A DNA stretch of 64,000 bases from the human T2T-CHM13v2.0 reference genome, Homo sapiens, in assembly GCF_009914755.1 (NCBI RefSeq), contig NC_060936.1; one strand, 5' to 3'. Shown here one piece after another: positions 53,701 to 64,000 of the stretch. Positions within the stretch are counted from its first letter, which is position 1; each line of letters starts with the position of its first letter. Position numbers and translations under genes: made by a program. The notes below the pieces were generated by a model. That model ran no database searches, had not been told where the DNA came from, and was given only the letters and a program-made list of their open reading frames with translations.

Positions 53701-54475
53701 ACTCTAGTTGCTCGTGATTGCGTGGGTCAGTCTCCAGAAGGTTGGACTTTAATATTACCCGTCATCTTTTCCAAGACAAAATTGTATTCATTCTAACTCT
53801 TAGCCCCAAATTTTCTTTTTTAACCTTAATATCTAACATGATTAGGTTTATGGTAAATTATATACTCAAACAGAAGAAGAGACTAATAGCAAGCAAAAGT
53901 CTTATATTTTCATTTGTTTTCATCCAAAAAGTAGAAAATATTTGCCAAACATTGGGAAACATTTTAGTCAGAAAAATAAATATCAATGATAAATAGAATA
54001 GAGAAAAATTTTAAAGCTGAGCTAAACCTCTATGTGGTTTTAGGAAAATCAAAACTATTAAATAAATGGCAAGTACAACAAAATCCCATCAATTCTTATT
54101 TAACATACTTACATTTTGAAATAGTTAAAATATTCATATGATCATTGAGAGAATTCAGAATTGCCTTTAAGTAATTGTTCACATATACAAAAGAAAAGTC
54201 TCCAAAAATTGGGTCTTTGCCTGAGATAGATTTGTCTTAAAATTGAAATCATTCACTTATCAGATTTGACCCTTTTTTAAAGCATAACTTTGCTGTGTAA
54301 TATTAGACTTATATGTTTTGATTTCCTTCTACAATATCTCTTAACTTTAAGGGACAAAGTGAGCACAGAATTTTTGATGCTTGACATAGTGGACATTTAT
54401 ATTTAAGGAAATTAGGACAAAAATTATTATAATGTAATCACATTTGAATAAGATTTCCTGTGCATTTTCTGGCAG

Positions 54476-54636
54476 ATACCTCCACTCAGCCATGATTATA
54501 TACCGAGACCTGAAACCCCACAATGTGCTGCTTTTCACACTGTATCCCAATGCTGCCATCATTGCAAAGATTGCTGACTACGGCATTGCTCAGTACTGCT
54601 GTAGAATGGGGATAAAAACATCAGAGGGCACACCAG
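54476..54636 (+). CDS. LRRK2: LRRK2 exon 41 (161 nt); catalytic loop and DYG activation segment (G2019, I2020)
   Basis: tggcag|ATACC...CCAG|gtaggt; [19 protein letters not shown]...[23 protein letters not shown]. Confidence 0.98.
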
Positions 54637-55729
54637 GTAGGTGATCAGGTCTGTCTCATAATTCTATCTTCAGGATGGATAACCACTGACCTCAGATGTG
54701 AGTTCAGAAGAGTCAAAAGGAAAACAGAGTCTATCACATTGTGAACAGAGGTTTATTTTGTGAAAAAATGCAAGCATCACATTGTGATTTTTATCATTGT
54801 ATTTTGTAGGAAAAAAACAATTGATGTAATTTTTCAGGGCAAAAACTGAATAAAAAGAAGAGAATGTTTGATATCAAGTTATATGTTTTAAAGTTAGATT
54901 TGTAGATTCTTTAGATACTCTAGAGGTCATAAAAAGTAACAGCAAAAACTTTAGTCTAGGTACTGTTGGCACTTGTGAGGCAAATCAAATTCAGGTCCAC
55001 AAATTCTTTTTCATAATTCTGAAACCCAAAGAACTCTGAAAATCCCAAGATTTTTTAAAAAATGACTAATTTGGTGTCAAAACCTAAGCAAGCTGACTTG
55101 TTGCTTATTACAATCTTTATTTCTCATGCTCAGTGTGAATATGCATACATTTTGCTGCAGAAATATATACATGTTTGAGTACAGGGGGCTGGCCGTGACC
55201 CTACTGAGGGTTTCTGTACACATCACTGTCTACCCTGTGGAATCTTACCTCCCTTTCTTAGTTCCCAATCCTGAAAAGCAGTTATGGGGCCAGTGATCTG
55301 TACAGACATGTTGTCTCAGACATCAGTTTGAGCAGGAAGTAAATCATTTAGGGGTTGGCATTTGTTTGGAGTGTGGGGAACACTCTATCTTTAGGGAAAC
55401 TTTATATAGTTAGTTATTTGTAAGTAAAATTACAGGTGGCTATACATCATCTTGCTGATTGCAACTCAATTAAATCACCGTGCCTGGCACAGAAGAAAAT
55501 ATGCTACAGGATATCTCACTAGGGAAAAGGTTCTAGTTCGTTTCCTGCCCACTCAACTTTTGTACTTAGATAAGCAAATGGCCCCAGATTCCAATGCCTG
55601 GTTTTATTTTTGCTCCAAATACATATATACTCTTTTGTTTTGGATAGTTACATTTTAGAAGTAGACTGTGTATTCTCATAAACACTTCAAAGTGTATGTT
55701 CTGGCTGAGAGTGTCTCTGTGTTGTTCAA

Positions 55730-55990
55730 TAATAATAAGACTAATTATCATTTTTTGAGTACCTGCTGTGCGTCAGGCCCAGTGCCACGTATATTAGAGA
55801 CAAGATCTCTTATCCTCATGCCAGGGCTGGAAGTTAGCTATTAGTTTCTCATTTGCCAAATGAGAAAACTGAGGCTCAGGGAGATTATGTAACTTGCAGA
55901 ATATCACTCAGTAATTGGCCAAGATAAGAATTCAGTCTAAATGAGAACCAGATCCAGAGATATTTGGCTTTAAATTCTATAGTCTCTCCT
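55730..55990 (-). mobile_element. MIR
   Basis: ctcatttgccaaatgagaaaactgaggctcagggagattatgtaacttgc. Confidence 0.7.
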
Positions 55991-58900
55991 AAACCATATG
56001 CAACTCTAACATGAAGAAGCTTATTTAATCTTCACTATTAAAAAAGTCAAAACAAAACAACAGAGCCATGAATAGCAAATATTGTCAATGAGAGGTTTGG
56101 AAAAACAGTCTTAAAGGATGAAATTCCATAGACCTGATATATTCCCACCTGGAAAAAGTGGGCATGGGACAGTGATTTTCTCTGGAAAGATCTGCTCATT
56201 TTTGTCATGGGACATGAAGGTGGACTGGACCACTCAGTTTCTTCTTTCTGCATCTCCCAACCCAGTCTTTCTGTTCATGGGGTGAAAATCTGTTGTTGAA
56301 GCCTTGTCTGCTTAATTGAACAGTGGATCTCTCGGGTCCCTGTGGGCTGTGCGCTTGTACTTGAGCTCTGCTTCTTCACTCTGTGGTCTGGGCCAGCTAG
56401 CAGCCAGCTGAGTTCACCTTGGATCAGACTCATGGCCTTTCATTTTCAGTATCTGACTTCCTGGTTTTGCTGAAAACCTGTCTAAAATGTAATATCCATC
56501 TGATTCTTCATACCAAGCCACACAATTCTTCCTGATCCCTTTTAATCTCCAATATTGAATGGTGGTAACATAAATATGGAGACAGATCATGTCAGAAACC
56601 CAGGGCCTAATCTTTTCTTTTCTGCCTACTCTTCTCACAGGCTGCTTAGTACTTTGTAAGCTTTTTTTTTTTTTTTCTGGCTGTAACCTAGATTTTCTCT
56701 TTATCATTACTCTATTTATTATTGTTAGAGCACTTCTGATTATCTCAGCCCTAAACTCTGCCTCCAATTTTAAATAACAATAACTCTCACTCCTGCTAAT
56801 ACTGCTACTACTACTACCATCACCAAACTTTTTCTTCCCCAAAGCAGTTCTGTTTGGGAAGGAAACAGTTCCCTCTCATACAATTTCAGTTATCTTCTTG
56901 TCTTTTCCGTTTAATGAATCTTCCTGTTAATGTTACATCTTTTAACATGGAAACTTCTAGAGAAACAAAAGACGATGGATTTGTTAAACCTTTTGGGTGT
57001 ATTTTTATACTAACTCTTACTGCAGCGTGTGCATTATGAGTGTAGGTCCATTACGGCTGTATTAGGAGCAGAACCTTCCAGAGCATGAGCGATGTGCTGG
57101 GCTTGTGCTTAGCTCTATCCATGAGTTAAGTATCTCAATCCTTAGGACCCTCTGACATATGTGTTATTATTATTTCTAGTCTATAGATACAGAGACTAAA
57201 GTTTAGAGAATATAAAAAAACATTTACAAGGTCCTATGGGACAAAAACTGTAGGACAAAATGCAAACCCAAGCAGCCTGAGAGCAGAGCTCCTGGTCCAG
57301 CACTGTGATAGCTGGGGACGCAGAGACAGAAACAATGCAATTATTGACAGGGACCATGGTGCTGTGTCTGTCCACATTTTGAAAATAATTATGGTTTGGA
57401 TATTTTCACCTTTAAATAACTTGGAGAGTTTCAACATTAACTCAGTCAGTCAGATGGATATATTTATATCATATCCTGCTGGGAGTGACAGTTAATTCTG
57501 TGTCCTATGGCAATTGCACTTTTGACTGAGATGAATGCTGACTGATGGCTTTAACATTTAACTAATGCAATAGTATTTAACACACCCATATAAATACTAT
57601 AGTCTTCGGGTAAATAAAATGTTACTGGCTGGACATACATGAATATCTGATGGAGATTATGGAACATACTCTACTCATACTTCTCTGAAAGTAAAAAATA
57701 AAAGATATGTTTCAGTACACAATGTGATATGTACTCAGACTTAATTCATAAATTTCTCTTATCCTTCATCCGTGGATCTTTTCTTTATTTACTTATTGCG
57801 TTTGTTAAAATGCAGGCTTCTCTGAAAAATTATTTTTAAAAATAGTTTTTAGACAAAGAATCATATTTTCTCAAGTATTTTAACATTGTAATCATTATGA
57901 TAATTATCCAAGGGGAAATTATACTTATTTTTTATTCATTTATTCATTCATTTGGCAACAATACATTGAACATTTACTAAGCATCAAACTGGCTCTACCA
58001 CTTAATAGTGGCATGATGTTCATCAAGAAATTGTTAGTGCAATCAAGAACACTAGAAATTCATTGGATGAATTTAAAGAAGCTTTTAGAAGGGTATTATA
58101 TTATAATTGAGGCACTTTATGAATATATAAATAATATTATGTTTTCATGCTAGAGATCATGCCAATGAAGATATTTACTTTGAAAAGGGGAAGATTAGAA
58201 GTTTAAAAGCATTTCCACATTGAAGTAAATATTCATTTCCATATCTTCACAGTTATCTTTCTCTGAGTTCTCTGACTCATTGTGAAAAAAAATTCCAACC
58301 TTCTTCACAGCTCTACCATCTTCGGATTGTTGCCTAGAGGGGTAAAAACTATTGTAAAAGGATGTGTGCACTGGATGAGAATTTAGAATTAGACGAAATG
58401 ACCCCTAGAGTCTTTTCCTGCTTTAAGAGCCTGTGATTCCAAATTCTAACAGTACATTTATCAAGAAAAAATATGCTGAACATTTAAATAGTTTTTGAAT
58501 AGTACCTAGATATAATAGATACCTAATAAATGTGCTCAATGAATAATAAATAACTGGTTAAGATTTAAATAAGCCTCCAAAATCTCTTCCACATTCTAAG
58601 AAGGGAAGCATAAAGGTTGTTAATGAACTAGTGACTGTGTGGGTAGCTCATTATTTTTAAGTACTCTTGACTTTGCTGTTCATTATCTGTGTGGCCTTAG
58701 GAAAATACACACATTTCTGAAAGGATTATGTCGTTTGTAAAATAGAAAGTCCTTATCTGTCTACCACAGATGATTCTTATGCAAATCAAATGAAATGTTC
58801 AATAAGGTGTCTGTAAAATAGTAGAGAGAGATGAATTAGGAGCTATTGTGATTTGTTTACATTATGTCACAGGTGCACTTTATTAGGGATATGTTTTATC

Positions 58901-59449
58901 TTAATTACACAATTCTTTAACTTAGATTTTGAGAATTATATTATGGTTATATAGGAAAATGCCCTTATTCTAAGGAAATGTATAATATATTTAGGTCTGA
59001 AACATTGTATCTGTAACAATATAGTATGTAAATTATGCTAATTCACATGATAATTATATGTAATTATATTAATATATTACTATGTATACAATATATTTAC
59101 ATGCATATATGTGGGGAAATGTTATCAGTTAGTGTAGTAGGGGTTATCATACTCAAATTCGATGTCTCCATCCTTCCAACTCTTCATGCTTTTCCAGCAT
59201 GGTGAGGACTGCTGAGCTCCATCTTTTGCTGGTAGTCTCTCTGTCAAATAGAACTGTTTCCAAATTCAGTCATTTGCTCCTTGAAGGCTATGAATTCATA
59301 CTTCGTTATATTTTTCTGGCTGCATATTTAAATTACTTTAACAATCATATAAGTTCATTGTAAAAATTTTGGAAATAAAAAGGAAGATAAAATGCACAGA
59401 TAATTTTAGCAAATGAAATAATAATTATATTGGGATGTATTTCTTCCTA

Positions 59450-59899
<450 letters not shown>

Positions 59900-60941
59900 T
59901 TACTTTTTGCCCTACTTGTTCTTTCTTGCTCTCTTTGCGTATGAATGAATCATTGAAATTAAGTTGTAGACATCATGCCATATCACCTCTGAACAGTGTG
60001 TATATTTCTTTAGAATAAGGATGTTTACTTACATAATCATAATACCATTATCACAGCTAAGAAAATTAATTCAGTTGATTTTTTCCACATATTTGATAAC
60101 TTTCTGTCTATCCATGATTATGTCTTACATATTCTTTTAATTTATGTCATAGCATATCATCTTAGAAAGTGATCCCTAAGTTACTGCATGGTATACATTG
60201 TTTAACCATTTCCCTTTGTGATTGGATGTCTTTAGGTTGTTTATATTTTTATTATTATCACAAATGTTGAAATCACTCTTTTTTTCTGAAGAATTTAAAA
60301 GTAATTTATCTGTCTTATGGAATAAAATATTTATTTCCCCTTAAAAGAATTTCAGGCATGAACCCAAGAGAGAAGGCTTTTTTTTTGTTTTAGTTGTTGT
60401 TTTTATTTTTATTTTTTATTTTTTGGGTAGAAGGAGCAGAGAGACAAGTTCAGGAAATAATGAGAGTGTTAGAATTTTGTTCAGGTTAAAGTGAGTTGGA
60501 GTGAAGTTTAGAAATCTCCTTTCTACTCATCTCTCCTGTTTTTAAAACACTGTCCTGGAAATAGTTAATATTAGGAACGAGAAAAATGGTATAGGTTTTC
60601 CTAGTACACTTTATTTCTTAATTATGAAATTCTACTTAATAACTTACCATTGAATGTTTATCCTTATTATCATTCAAGGTAATTTTATTGAAGATTGAAG
60701 ATATTTATAATAAAGATTGAAGGATTTTATTGTCCTGTGTGGTCAACCTTGGGGGGTGAGATGTTATGAGACAGGACAATTAATTGACTTGATCAAGGTA
60801 CCTTGTTATAAAAATAACACAGCCTGGTTTAGAACATCTCTTCCTGACTCTCTTATTTGGCATATAGCCTAAGTGTATGCCTCCTTGGATGTATGAGCCC
60901 TGATGTTGGTCATATTTATTATTTTATCTGCTTACTTTCAG

Positions 60942-61112
60942 GGTTTCGTGCACCTGAAGTTGCCAGAGGAAATGTCATTTATAACCAACAGGCTGATGTT
61001 TATTCATTTGGTTTACTACTCTATGACATTTTGACAACTGGAGGTAGAATAGTAGAGGGTTTGAAGTTTCCAAATGAGTTTGATGAATTAGAAATACAAG
61101 GAAAATTACCTG
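60942..61112 (+). CDS. LRRK2: LRRK2 exon 42 (171 nt); kinase APE, N2081
   Basis: ctttcag|GGTTT...CCTG|gtaagt; [23 protein letters not shown]...QGKLP. Confidence 0.97.
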
Positions 61113-61869
61113 GTAAGTTCTGTTTTCTCTACAATGAAGATTTTTTTTCTTAATATCAGCAGCTTCATTTTTATTTAATTGTAGTTGTATGCTTAATTCC
61201 TTAAACAGATGATCATTTTTGTGTTTAGTGCATAAATATTCTTAAATCTTGTGATATATTAATAAAAATCACCTGAAAAAGGTAGCAGTTTTAGGCTTTT
61301 TAAAAAATCCGCAATTAATATTGGTGTAGTTAGTATTATATTTAGAAACATAGAGAAGGAAATTGCTGTTAGAACTCCACATTTGGTGATTTTTAATTTT
61401 CATAAAGAATTACTGTGTACTCATTATCCTGGAATGTTTTCGTTTTCTTGGAGTGAAATAATTTACATGCAGGAATGGAAGACTGAATGATCTATAATAA
61501 TAATTTTTCATAAGAATCGGTAAATGTGTATTTAATGTTATCAAAGCTCATTTGGAATGGTTGTCTCATGCTTTCAAGAAATTAGAGGACTTTGTAATTC
61601 ATTCCTTAACCATTACTTTAGTTCTCACCACAAAATAACATTTTAAGTTTATTTAGCTCTTTCTCATATTTTCTGCTTTCCCTTTCATTTAAAAAATACT
61701 TTTGAGTGTACACAATGTGCCATGTACAGGAAATAGAGCTTTATCTTTTTTGGGTATAACTTCAAGATCATGGCAAAAGAAAACTTATTATTAATTGGAT
61801 AAACCTTAGATATAATCTAGGTTATTTCCCTTATTTTACTAGTTTTCTAGTGAAAATATTCAGGTCTCT

Positions 61870-62156
61870 GCTGGGTACAGTGGCTTACGCCTGTAATCCC
61901 AGCACTTTGGGAGGCCCAGGCAGGCAGATCACTTGAGGCCAGGAGCTGGAGACCAGCCTGGCCAACATGGTGAAACCCTGTCTCTACTAAAAATACAAAA
62001 AGTAGCTGGGCATGGTGGCATGTGCGTGTAGTCCCAGCTACCAAGGAGGCTGAGGCACGAGAATAGCTTGAACCTGGGAGGTTGCAGTGAGCCGAGATTG
62101 CGCCACTGCACTCCAGCCTAAGCAACAAAGTGAGACTCCATCTTAAAAAAAAAAAA
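61870..62156 (+). mobile_element. AluS
   Basis: gctgggtacagtggcttacgcctgtaatcccagcac...gagactccatcttaaaaaa. Confidence 0.93.
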
Positions 62157-62597
62157 TTCAGTTCTGTGTTCTGCATCAACCAGAATAAGCTACGCCTCTT
62201 ATAAAAAGCAAATGTGCACAAACCATCTGTGAGGACATAAGGATTAAATGCTTGCTTACTTTGAGTATTAAAATAAAAAGTAGAAGCTTTATTATATGAG
62301 TAAAAGTGTTTCCAAAGTCTATTTGAAATGCAGGTACAGAATGAAAATCTGTTATTTTATTAAATCGTTATTTGGGTCTCTTTTTATTCCACAAAAAAAA
62401 AATCTTTTCCACATCTCTTAGTGGAGATCAAGTTAACAAAATTAGCTTTAATTTTGTGATAAGTAAATTTACATAAATATAGGATTATGGAGATAATATT
62501 TTTCTTTGCAATGTCTGGACCTTTTATAAACATTGAGAGGAAATATAACCATTCTTACTTATTTAGTATGCTAGCATGATGTTTTTTAATGTTTTAG

Positions 62598-62698
62598 ATC
62601 CAGTTAAAGAATATGGTTGTGCCCCATGGCCTATGGTTGAGAAATTAATTAAACAGTGTTTGAAAGAAAATCCTCAAGAAAGGCCTACTTCTGCCCAG
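62598..62698 (+). CDS. LRRK2: LRRK2 exon 43 (101 nt); kinase C-lobe end
   Basis: gttttag|ATCCA...CAG|gtattc; PVKEYGCAPWPMVEKLIKQCLKENPQERPTSAQ. Confidence 0.97.
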
Positions 62699-63696
62699 GT
62701 ATTCTTAAAGTTTTGTTAATATTTTGTACAGAACATCATTTGCATATATGCATATATATATAATCTTCAAATATATATACTTAAACACATAAACACACAG
62801 AGACAGAATTAAAAATAGTTATAAGGCAAACCTCCTATAATTTTCACCATCCCAGGCACAAAAAAAGGACATTGCCAAAACCTCACATGCTCCCATATGC
62901 CTGTCTCCTCTTCTCTTCTTTGAAATGCCTGCCCATTATTTTGCCCATTTTTCTGTTGACTCTTTTGCCTACAAATCAAATCAGAAAAAAATTTTTATAT
63001 ATAACATACTAATCCTTTCTTGGTTTTATATGTTGCAATTTCTTTTTCGAGCTGGTGGCTTGCTTTTTAAATTTCCTGTAGGGTGCCTGTTAATGAATGG
63101 AATTTCTTAATTTTAATATATATAAATTTAACAATTCTTCTTTTTCCTTCTTTTCCTGGTTATTCCTATTTGGTCCTGTTGTAGAGCCCATCTTTCTTTT
63201 AGAGCTACAAAAATATTTACCTGCAATTTCTTCAAACATTTTAAAAGTTTGCTTTTGACAAGTTTTTAATCCATTGGAATTGACATTTTTATCTGTATCC
63301 CATTCCTTTTTTTAATGTGGAAGACTAATTTTTTCAGGTTGATTTACTAAATGGCTTCTCCCCTTTTGTCCCATAGATCTGATGTGTCCATTTTGTAATT
63401 TATTAAAGATAATGTGCATATCCACGTGTACACTGTCTTCCACTGATCAACTCATTTATTTTTCCTCCAGTATTACCCTGTCTTAATTCCTGTAGCTTTA
63501 TAATGATCTCCTCTCCCTATTTATTTTTCTCATCCAGGAATATTTTAACCAGTCTTAGGCTTAGCTTTTCTATATAAAATTTAGAATCATGCTGTCAAAT
63601 CTTATGAAAAACCACATTGTCGTTTGGATTGGTCTTGGATTGAATATGTTGACAATCTGGAGATGATATCCTTATGATATTAAGTCTTTGTATTCT

Positions 63697-63982
63697 TTTT
63701 ATTTATTTATTTATTTAGAGGCAGGGTCTCACTCTGTCACCCAGGCTGGAGTGCAGTGGCAGGATCACAGCTCAATGCAGCTTTGACCTCCTGGGCTCAA
63801 GTGATCCTGTCGCCTCAGTCTCCATCAGCCAATTGTGTGCCACCAGACCTGGTTAACTTTTCCTTTAATTTTTTTTGTAGAGAAAGGGTCTCACTCTGTT
63901 GCCCAGGCTGGTCTTGAACTCCTGGCCTCAAGCAATCCTCCCGCCTAGGCCTCCCAAAGTGCATGAGCAACTGCACCTGGCC
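63697..63982 (-). mobile_element. AluJ-like, antisense
   Basis: (TTTA)n tail, gagg cagggtctcactctgtcacccaggc...cacctggcc; degenerate TSD aagtctt..tattct on both sides. Confidence 0.92.
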
Positions 63983-64000
63983 AAGTCTTCCTATTCTGGA

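Noticed and set aside
53717-53723. TTGCGTG AhR-type element
   Set aside because: A single 7-mer in 64 kb is not significant without ChIP or conservation data.

Overview
This is eukaryotic, AT-rich primate DNA, almost certainly human. It is an internal 64-kb slice of LRRK2 (PARK8, chr12) on the + strand. I can place 24 consecutive GT-AG coding exons, exons 20-43 in the standard numbering (recalled, and consistent with the exon lengths and residue numbers). They total 3881 nt and splice into one uninterrupted frame (about aa 834-2127) covering the S910/S935 phospho-linker, LRR, ROC GTPase, COR and the kinase domain. The start, the WD40 domain and the stop lie outside the window. The classic pathogenic codons are wild type; L953 is CTA, which suggests a non-GRCh38 haplotype. 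Introns hold ordinary repeats (11 Alu-family pieces, L1s, MIR/L2, MER20, MER30, MER5, Tigger2a, MLT1, STRs). I found no new gene or biological system. The most unusual non-standard items are: (1) a decayed, apparently old MT-CO1 NUMT in intron 19; (2) a 108-bp, 94%-identical duplication shared by introns 26 and 30, with a second 37-bp locally copied segment about 100 bp away, suggesting a templated-insertion patch that also creates a candidate poison exon; (3) read-through plus polyA signal in intron 27, giving a kinase-less 1271-aa isoform; (4) a perfect 23-bp AT hairpin between exons 24 and 25; (5) inverted Alu pairs and cryptic splice sites. Repeat subfamily names are by eye and need RepeatMasker.
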